DNA of 16,678 nucleotides. Origin: Planctomycetota bacterium. GTDB lineage: Bacteria; Planctomycetota; PLA2; JAEUHO01. The translations under genes were made by a program, and so were the position numbers. Position 1 is the first letter of the stretch, and every line of letters starts with the position of its first letter. The stretch is taken from the NCBI GenBank assembly GCA_050248855.1, contig JBFWRP010000047.1, forward strand, positions 1 to 16,678, given 5' to 3'. Shown here one piece after another: positions 1 through 7,313 of the stretch. The notes under the pieces are model-generated. The model saw nothing but the letters and a program-made list of their open reading frames with translations, made no database searches and was not told where the DNA came from.

Positions 1-40
1 GCTGCTGATTGGGCTCGTAGGGCCGGAAGTACGGTTGCAT
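1..40 (-). CDS. Probable IS1182-family transposase, N-terminal 13 codons only (truncated by the window edge)
   Basis: ATG at 40-38 translates to MQPYFRPYEPNQQ. This matches the FRPYxPxQ(xxLLPPSL) start I recall for IS1182 transposases. Only 13 codons are visible. Confidence 0.7.
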   Translation of the reverse strand, partial: MQPYFRPYEPNQQ

Positions 41-121
41 GCCCAATTTTGGACCGCACCTCGCCCAGGCCAAGGGAGAACTTCGCCAGAAACCCCGAGC
101 GCAGTTCTGTGGCGCAGACTC
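1..121 (-). mobile_element. Left end of a probable IS1182-family insertion sequence (runs off the window edge)
   Basis: The minus strand reads CTAG|GAGTCTGCGCCACAGAACTGC..., then about 80 nt later an ORF starting MQPYFRPYEPNQQ. From recall, the plus-strand reading TTCTGTGGCGCAGACTCCTAG resembles IS1182-type ends flanked by CTAG. GC over 1-120 is about 62% (74/120), lower than the flanking genes. The other end is not visible. Confidence 0.7.
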
Positions 122-3100
122 CTAGGGACCGGCCAAGACCACCTCGCGGGTCCCCGCCTGCACGCCCTCGACGCTCTCGCTCCAACGCTGGAAGCCCGCG
201 GTCTTCACCGCAACCAGCTCCCAGGGCCCGGCGAGCAGGCCGCGTACCTCGAACGTGCCATCGGGCTGCACGGGTACGTGTCGGCTCACACCGTCCGGGT
301 GGGAGGCGACGACGAGCAGCCCTGGCAGGCTTGCACCCCCGCGGCTCGCGCACCGTCCGGAGATGCTCTGGCCATCTACGAGGTCCATCACGACGAAGTC
401 GCCCGAAGCCACACCGACACGACGCGCCACGCGCGTGTCCTCGGCGGAGATGGCCCAGAGCGCCCATGTCGCGCCCGCGGGGATGCCCGCCAAGGTGAAC
501 GCCCCGTCCACGCGCACTTCCGTGCTGCTCGTGCCGTTCGGGTCCCCTGCCCCAGGGGCCGCGATCACGACCCACCCCGGTCCGCGGACCCCGGCGATGC
601 GCCCGGAGATCCGTGACGACGCCGGCAGGACGAGCTCGAGGTTCGCAGCCCCCGCACGGACCGTGCGGGGTGGGGTGACCAAGCGACCTGGTCCGGGGGC
701 CTGGGCGACCAGGACCCACTCGCCAGACGGAACGCGCTCGAACGTGAAGCGACCGTGGGCATCGGTGAGGACGCGGCCGCGCGGCCCCTGCTCGCCGTCG
801 TCGCCCGGCTCGTCGCAGGTGACGCTTGCGCCTGCCACGGGGGCTCCTTCCGCATCGAGAACGCGCCCGCGGAGGGCCTTCCCAGACGGCAAGCGGATCT
901 CGAGATCCCGTGCGCCGGCAGGCCACGTCCCGGCGGGGACGCCAAGCTGGATACGCCCCGGCGCTCCCGTGGCGATCGTGACCCGCACCTCGATGGCTGT
1001 GTCCGGGGGTAGGCCCGACACCTCGAAGGTGCCGTCCTCGGCGACGCTTGCGGTCCAGTACCGCCGGGACCCACCCACGTCGAGATAGCTCACCTGGACC
1101 ACCCCGGGCCCGGGCGGAGCCCCATCTTCCTCGACGACGCGACCCGCCAGGCTAGCGGTGCGTGGCAAGCGGATCTCCGTCTCGCTGCCATCCGTGGGCA
1201 CGTCGTAGCCTCGGGAATCGGTGAGCGCCCCACGCGCCCGCACCTGTACCGTGACCCGGGGTGCGTCGTCGGCGGTCACCGAGTAGGCACGCCCTGTTGC
1301 ATCGGTCATGACCTGGCTCGGCACGCCCGGGATGCCGACCGTGGCGCGCTCCACCGGCTCCCCGTCGGCGCTCACCACACGGACTCGTATCAAGCCCGCG
1401 GGTCGTCCGCGCACCACGCGGGGCGAGCCTTCGGCAATCTCCGTCGCCGTCACGACGACTTGGTCGAAGAACACGGCCAGGGGTTGCCCCGCCTCGTCAC
1501 GCGCCGAGTAGATGGTCAAGGTCCAGGGGCCGTCGCCCTCCGCGAGGAAGGCGTGCCGTCCGCCGAGCATGGTCGTGTCACCCTCGTGACCGACTGCGTG
1601 CGTGGACCACGTCCCCAGCCGGCTTCCGGCGCGCAGGGCTGCACGTGCGGCGGCGGGCGGCGTGCCGTCCGGGAGCTCGAGCTGTACGACGAACTGGCGT
1701 CGTGCCACGGACTGGCAGGGGATGTCGACCACGCCCTCGGCGGGCATGGCCACGTCGTCGCGAAGCAGCGTCTCCCGGCCGCCGAGCACCTGGTAGACGT
1801 TCGTGACGCCGCGTGGCACGTTCGGGAAGTGCGCGCGCCCATCGGACGCCGTCCGCTGCGCGCTCCCGCTGTACTGCGGGGCGCGCACGCGCAGGTCGAC
1901 ACCTGCCAAGGGCGCCGCCGTCTCGGCGTCGACGGCACGCAAGACGAGGTCGTGGAGCTCCGCGTCGAGCCGAAGCTCGACCTCGAGCCGCTCGCCCCCG
2001 GGCTCGACCTCGCCCAGGTCGAGCTCGGTCCGCTGCGGCCCCTGGCTCGCGGCGAGCACGACGTGGCCGGGAACCACGCCCGCGAGCTCGAATCTGCCGT
2101 CTTCCCGTGTGTTCGTGCCCACGGCTCCGTCCATCCACACCGCGGGACCCTTCCAGGACGAGCGGGCCATGACCAGCGCTCCGGCCGCGGGTGTGTCCCC
2201 GTTGCCCTGAAGAACGCGCCCGCGTACGACCACAGGGGGCACGAGCACGAGCCGCTGAGGTGGTGGAGGCACGTTCGCCTCGACCGTAAACGGAGCCGAC
2301 GGCCATCCAGCCAACCCCTCGGCCTGCGCGACCAGGACCACGTCCGGTCGCGGCAGCAACCACGTCATGAAGCTACCGTCCTCCGCGCTACGCACGTCGG
2401 GTGTCATGCCGGACGGCGCCCTGCTGCCCCACATCGAGAGAATCGAGGAGAGCGCCGGCGCACCTGCGGATCGCAGGGACGTCTCGAGCACCGCGGCACC
2501 TGCCACGGGCTGGTCGTTCGCGTCCACGACGACACCGCGCACGGGCACCATGGCCGACACCGCAACGTCGCGCTCTACGTCGTTCGCGTCCGGTGTGATT
2601 ACGAGTCGCATGGAGGCCGGCGCCTCGCCCTCCCGGAGGTGCACGACGAGGTCGTGTGTGACGTACCCAGAGCCCAGTGCAAGAAGCAGGTGCATCCCCG
2701 GGGGTACGCCCTCCAGGCGGTACCGTCCTTCCTCGTCACTCGTGGCCTCGAGCAGCGGGTAGAGGTTGCTCCCCCGCGTGCTGGTGCCTGGGAGCACGAG
2801 CACGCGCGCGCCTGCCACGGCGGCGTCCGTGGCCACGTTCGTGACGCGACCGTGCACGGCGGCAAGCGGCTCGAGCTCGACGAACAGGACACCTCCGTCG
2901 TTCGCCTTGAGCAGCAACCCGCTCCACGCGGCAGTGGGTGACGACGCCGCATGAAGGGCATGGCCCGGGGCGCGAACGAGAAGCTCTTGAAGCATGCCCT
3001 CGGGAGCCGCGAGAGCGGCCTCGCCGTGTTCATCCGTCGAGCCCCTGACCGGCGTGCGCGCAGCCTCTTTCACCAGAATCGTCACCTCGGCCGCAGCAAC

Positions 3101-3376
3101 GGGCGAACCACCGGAGCTCACGTGCACGACAAGGCGCGCAGGCCGGGTCGCAGAGAGCTCGGCGTGGGACCCGAGGTCGGGCGCGAGGGGTGGCGGTGCG
3201 GGCGCAGCTACCCTGCTCCCCGTCAATCCCGGCTCCGCGTCTTCGCTCGCGATCCGTGGGGCGGAATCCGTGAACCCATCCGTCGGCGAAGCGTGCTGGC
3301 GGAGGAGCCAAGCGACGGCACCCACGGCGACGACCGCCAGCAGCGCTGCAGCCACACGTCGCGCCGCCCGCTTCAC
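122..3376 (-). CDS. Membrane-anchored/exported carboxypeptidase-regulatory-like (CarboxypepD_reg) repeat protein, paralog C, 1084 aa, about 11 modules
   Basis: GTG start lies 3 nt after the upstream TAG. The N-terminus is basic then hydrophobic (MKRAARRVAAALLAVVAVGAVAWLL). Repeated GRVxDxxGxPVAGAxV...TDxxGRF..xGxPxG modules are colinear with modules 3-13 of paralogs A and B. Confidence 0.88.
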   Translation of the reverse strand: MKRAARRVAAALLAVVAVGAVAWLLRQHASPTDGFTDSAPRIASEDAEPGLTGSRVAAPAPPPLAPDLGSHAELSATRPARLVVHVSSGGSPVAAAEVTILVKEAARTPVRGSTDEHGEAALAAPEGMLQELLVRAPGHALHAASSPTAAWSGLLLKANDGGVLFVELEPLAAVHGRVTNVATDAAVAGARVLVLPGTSTRGSNLYPLLEATSDEEGRYRLEGVPPGMHLLLALGSGYVTHDLVVHLREGEAPASMRLVITPDANDVERDVAVSAMVPVRGVVVDANDQPVAGAAVLETSLRSAGAPALSSILSMWGSRAPSGMTPDVRSAEDGSFMTWLLPRPDVVLVAQAEGLAGWPSAPFTVEANVPPPPQRLVLVPPVVVRGRVLQGNGDTPAAGALVMARSSWKGPAVWMDGAVGTNTREDGRFELAGVVPGHVVLAASQGPQRTELDLGEVEPGGERLEVELRLDAELHDLVLRAVDAETAAPLAGVDLRVRAPQYSGSAQRTASDGRAHFPNVPRGVTNVYQVLGGRETLLRDDVAMPAEGVVDIPCQSVARRQFVVQLELPDGTPPAAARAALRAGSRLGTWSTHAVGHEGDTTMLGGRHAFLAEGDGPWTLTIYSARDEAGQPLAVFFDQVVVTATEIAEGSPRVVRGRPAGLIRVRVVSADGEPVERATVGIPGVPSQVMTDATGRAYSVTADDAPRVTVQVRARGALTDSRGYDVPTDGSETEIRLPRTASLAGRVVEEDGAPPGPGVVQVSYLDVGGSRRYWTASVAEDGTFEVSGLPPDTAIEVRVTIATGAPGRIQLGVPAGTWPAGARDLEIRLPSGKALRGRVLDAEGAPVAGASVTCDEPGDDGEQGPRGRVLTDAHGRFTFERVPSGEWVLVAQAPGPGRLVTPPRTVRAGAANLELVLPASSRISGRIAGVRGPGWVVIAAPGAGDPNGTSSTEVRVDGAFTLAGIPAGATWALWAISAEDTRVARRVGVASGDFVVMDLVDGQSISGRCASRGGASLPGLLVVASHPDGVSRHVPVQPDGTFEVRGLLAGPWELVAVKTAGFQRWSESVEGVQAGTREVVLAGP

Positions 3377-3378
3377 GA

Positions 3379-3465
3379 CCTACTTGCTCGCTCGCACGAC
3401 GAGTCCCGTGGTGCCGTTCTCGATGCCCTCCAGCGGCTCGATCTTGTAGCCACCGCGGCCGCTCA
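3379..3465. repeat. 87-bp perfect direct repeat, copy 1 (3' end of paralog B)
   Basis: Base-by-base identical to 7227-7313. Covers the last 27 codons (SGRGGYKIEPLEGIENGTTGLVVRASK), 2 nt of the preceding codon, TAG and one further G. Confidence 0.98.
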
Positions 3466-6400
3466 AGGTGAGCCTCCACGGCCCATTGGGCAGGCCGCTC
3501 AGCGTCCACGTTCCGTCCTCCATCAGGCGCGCATACGCGCTCAATCCGAGCGCGTTCGTCGCCAAGACCCAGAGCTTCGTCGCATCGTCTGCGGCCACGC
3601 CCTCGATACGACCGGCGATCGTGGCGCCCGGGACGAGGCGGACCCGGACTTCGGACGCTCCGTCCACGCCGGGGGCGTGACCATAGTGGGTGGCGCCGAT
3701 CCCCATGACCCACAGGTCGTAGGTCGTGCCGTCATCGGGAACCACCATGGAGAAGCTCCCGTCGCCCTGCACGCGCGCCTGCGCATGACGGGCGACACCC
3801 TGCGGCTCGGTCTTGGCCATGGCGCGCACGGTGAGGCCCTTGAGCGCTGCAGCGTCACCGACCACCGTTCCCCGCAGGGAGCGGATCTCCAGGAGCTGGA
3901 TCTCCACGTTGCGTGCTCCGGCTTGCACCTTCTTCCGCACGGCCAAACTCTGTTCGTTGCCGCGCCACGCGGAGAGCTCCACCTCGCCGGTGACCAGTCC
4001 CGAGAACTCGAAGGTGCCCTCTGCCGTGGTCGTGAGCTCGGCGTTCTTGCGTGAGCTCTCGTGGATCTGGACGTGCACGCCGGAGAGGCCGCGCCCCGGC
4101 CCATCCACGACGCGACCGAGTACGGCCAAGCCACCTCCCGCACGGATCACGACGTCGCGGCTCCCCACGCGAACGTCGGGGAGAGACACGCCCATGCGGG
4201 CCGCGCCTACCTGGTTCCCATACACGATGGCAAGGTCGAGCGTGATCGTGGCCGCGTCGGGGAGGCCTCCAAGCACGAAGCGGCCGTCGTCACCGACCGG
4301 CGTGTAGGCGTAGCCGGGCTTGCCTTCTTCCATCCAGCGCGACGAGATGGCCGAGGGCAGGGGCGCCGCCTCCCCCCAGTCCACGCGGCCTTCGATCGCG
4401 CCGCCCCGCTCCAAGCGGATGAGCGTCTCGGGATCACCGATCGCGATCTCGTGACCGCCGCTCCGGTTCCGGTAGCCCGGTGCGCTGACGAACACCGTGA
4501 TCGTGCCCTCCTTGGGCAGGCCCGTGAAGCGGACGCGGCCGTCCTCGGGCACGTGCATCGAGCTCCCCCCCGGGCCCAGGCCAACCCGGGCGCCCTTGGG
4601 CGGCTGGTCGTCGTCGCCCAGGACACGCACGAGAACCTGACCGCTCTCCTCGAGCCGGATCACGATGGGGCCGGCGTCGACTTCCTCCGCGGTGACGCTG
4701 CGTTCGGGCGCCCTCAGCTCCAGCGGACGGCCCTCCGCATCGCAGGGCCTGCTGATGTCGAACTCGTAGGGCGGGGGGAAGCTCGCCACCATGCGGAAGG
4801 TGCCGCCGATGGACAGCGTTCCGCCACCCCCGCTCCAGCCCGGGGTGCTCACGCGCTTCGCGCTCCGCGCGCGAGGAGGCGTGATTCCGACGTTGCAGAG
4901 TGGCACGGGCCTACCGTCCGGCAAGAGCACCCGTCCCTCGACCACCCACTGCTTGCTTCGATGCATGCGGATCGTGACGGCCTCGGCCAGTGGCACGCCG
5001 ATCCCACGTGCACTGCTCCGGACGGACCCGTCGCCCGCGTGCAGGGTCACCACATACGTACCGGCCGAAAGGTCGTGGACCGTCGCGCGGCCATCGGCGT
5101 CCGTCGCGCCGTGCACCCACGCCCCGCGTTGGCCTCTCAGCGAGAACGCCTGGTTGGCCATCGGCTGATCGTCCTGCGCGTCGAGGAGCACCAAGGTCAT
5201 CGTGTGGCCCACGCCGACTACGAGGTCCACACCGTCCACGATCGACCCCACGCGCGGGGCCGGCACATGCGTCTGGACACGCTCGCCGTGATCGGGGGTA
5301 GCCCCAGTGAGCTGCAGCGCCACGGGCGGCAAGCCGGTCAGCTCGAAACGTCCTTGGTCATCCGTCTTGGCCTCTCGTGGCACCGACGGATAGCGCTGAC
5401 GATCGCTGCTGTACGAGCGTACGGACGCGCCGACTACGGCTTCGCGCTCCGCACCACGCACCACGCGTCCCCGCACCGTGGCTCCCGGCTCGACGACAAG
5501 CCGCACCTCGGGGACGGGCGTGCCTTCCAGGATCTGGATGGGGTTGGTGAAGGGCGACGCGCCGGCGTTCGTCACCGCCGCGAGCACGAGCGTGGAGCCG
5601 GGCGGGCGCCCGATCCGGAAGCGACCCTCGACGTCCGCTACGCCGAAATCCGCGCCGTAGAGGTAGCCGGTGTTCACACCCCACTGGCGGATCGTCTGTA
5701 GCTCCGCCTGGTGATCGGGCCCAGGCACGAGCCGGGCTCCGGCCAGAGGTCGCTCGTTCGCGTGGACGACGACGCCGCGCTCCATCACGATGTCCCGCGC
5801 GAGCTCCGCTCCACTCTGCAGCAGGGCAATCGTTGCGTCGACGGGCGACGCGGAGCCCCGTGCCGCGAGGTCGACGGCCGGATGGAACCACTCCGCGTGC
5901 GTGGCGTACAGGATGTGCCGACCGAGCGGTACGCCCTCCAGGCGGTAGCGCCCGGAGGCATCGCTCGACGCCTCAAGCTGGTTGCCACCGTCGGATCCAT
6001 GGCCGGGCAGCACGCGCACCGTCGCGCCGGCGAGGCCCGCCCCCCCCGCGCCCGTGCGCACGATGCCCGTCACGACCCCTCCCGCGCTGAGGGTGATGCG
6101 GGCCACGGCGGGCTGCGCGCTCGACAGGACGAGGGGGGCCCACCCCGCAAGAGGCGCGGCCCCGTCGTACGCCAGCCACGACGTGGCCTCCACGGCGATC
6201 CGGGCCACCGAAGCGGCTGGAGCCAGGAAACGCGCCACGCCATCGGGGCCCGTCTCGTCGATCAGGCTGGCCGTCGACGCATCCGAGAGCGTGACGTGGA
6301 CGACGGCGCCGGGAACTCCCGCACCCGCCGGATCGACGACCTCGACGTCGAGTGATGCCTCCAAGGGGGGAACCACGACGGCGAGCGGGGTCGCCGAGGG

Positions 6401-7195
6401 CACCCTGTGACTTCGGCTCCTCACCACGACCTGCCTTCCGAGCGCCACGGAGAACGTCAGGGCGCCCGGCGGGGCGTGGGCCATGAAGCGGCCCTCGGCA
6501 TCCGTCGTCACACGCGCTCCGTGCCACCAGCCGTCGCCGGGCACGAGGCCCAGGGGCGTGACCGTAGCCGCGACGCCGCGACCGTTCGTGTCCACGACGC
6601 GACCCTCGACCGCCACAACCCCGAACAGTCCAAGTCGGACGTCATCGGGTGTCGTACCTGCCTGCACATCGACGGGCCTGCGATCACCTGCCAGGGGTAG
6701 CTCCGGATGCGCTTCGACGTAGTACTGCCCGGCGCCACGCGACGACAGGCTCACGCGCCCATTCTCGTCGGTCCGCCCCTCCGCCCGCAGAGGCTGCCCG
6801 TGGTCCTCACGATTCTGGTTCTCGAGCGTGCGCCGAAGGCGCGTGCGGTACCACGCGCCATAGGCTCGCCGCGCATCCAGATCCTCCGCGGGAGGGCTGT
6901 GGCGCGGTTGGGCGTACCGCAGCGTCACGCGCACGCCGGGCGCGGGAAGCCCCTGCGCATCGACCACCTGCACCGCCACGGTCCACGGGTGGCCCGCGAT
7001 CCGCGTCGCGACTTCGGGCGCGCGCGCGTGGGCAACGAGCGTCGGACCCGTCGGCGGCGGCTCGTCGAGAGCGGCTTGGCCGCGCGCAGTGGGGAGCGCA
7101 TCGTGGACCGCGTCTCCACTTGGCTCACCGATCGCCATCCAGATCCCGAAGCCGAGCGCGGCCGCGACGAGCGCCAACAAGACCCCTCGTGCCAT
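3380..7195 (-). CDS. CarboxypepD_reg repeat protein, paralog B, 1271 aa, about 13 modules (alternative ATG at 7225)
   Basis: Start MARGVLLALVAAALGFGIW chosen by homology to the start of paralog A. An in-frame ATG at 7225 lies 2 nt after the upstream stop. Colinear with paralog A over its whole length. Confidence 0.88.
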   Translation of the reverse strand: MARGVLLALVAAALGFGIWMAIGEPSGDAVHDALPTARGQAALDEPPPTGPTLVAHARAPEVATRIAGHPWTVAVQVVDAQGLPAPGVRVTLRYAQPRHSPPAEDLDARRAYGAWYRTRLRRTLENQNREDHGQPLRAEGRTDENGRVSLSSRGAGQYYVEAHPELPLAGDRRPVDVQAGTTPDDVRLGLFGVVAVEGRVVDTNGRGVAATVTPLGLVPGDGWWHGARVTTDAEGRFMAHAPPGALTFSVALGRQVVVRSRSHRVPSATPLAVVVPPLEASLDVEVVDPAGAGVPGAVVHVTLSDASTASLIDETGPDGVARFLAPAASVARIAVEATSWLAYDGAAPLAGWAPLVLSSAQPAVARITLSAGGVVTGIVRTGAGGAGLAGATVRVLPGHGSDGGNQLEASSDASGRYRLEGVPLGRHILYATHAEWFHPAVDLAARGSASPVDATIALLQSGAELARDIVMERGVVVHANERPLAGARLVPGPDHQAELQTIRQWGVNTGYLYGADFGVADVEGRFRIGRPPGSTLVLAAVTNAGASPFTNPIQILEGTPVPEVRLVVEPGATVRGRVVRGAEREAVVGASVRSYSSDRQRYPSVPREAKTDDQGRFELTGLPPVALQLTGATPDHGERVQTHVPAPRVGSIVDGVDLVVGVGHTMTLVLLDAQDDQPMANQAFSLRGQRGAWVHGATDADGRATVHDLSAGTYVVTLHAGDGSVRSSARGIGVPLAEAVTIRMHRSKQWVVEGRVLLPDGRPVPLCNVGITPPRARSAKRVSTPGWSGGGGTLSIGGTFRMVASFPPPYEFDISRPCDAEGRPLELRAPERSVTAEEVDAGPIVIRLEESGQVLVRVLGDDDQPPKGARVGLGPGGSSMHVPEDGRVRFTGLPKEGTITVFVSAPGYRNRSGGHEIAIGDPETLIRLERGGAIEGRVDWGEAAPLPSAISSRWMEEGKPGYAYTPVGDDGRFVLGGLPDAATITLDLAIVYGNQVGAARMGVSLPDVRVGSRDVVIRAGGGLAVLGRVVDGPGRGLSGVHVQIHESSRKNAELTTTAEGTFEFSGLVTGEVELSAWRGNEQSLAVRKKVQAGARNVEIQLLEIRSLRGTVVGDAAALKGLTVRAMAKTEPQGVARHAQARVQGDGSFSMVVPDDGTTYDLWVMGIGATHYGHAPGVDGASEVRVRLVPGATIAGRIEGVAADDATKLWVLATNALGLSAYARLMEDGTWTLSGLPNGPWRLTLSGRGGYKIEPLEGIENGTTGLVVRASK

Positions 7196-7226
7196 GTGCG
7201 TGCGGACGACGTGGTGGAGTCTCATT

Positions 7227-7313
7227 CCTACTTGCTCGCTCGCACGACGAGTCCCGTGGTGCCGTTCTCGATGCCCTCCAGCGGCTCGATCTTGTAGCCA
7301 CCGCGGCCGCTCA
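7227..7313. repeat. 87-bp perfect direct repeat, copy 2 (3' end of paralog A)
   Basis: Identical to 3379-3465 at an offset of 3848 bp. Confidence 0.98.
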
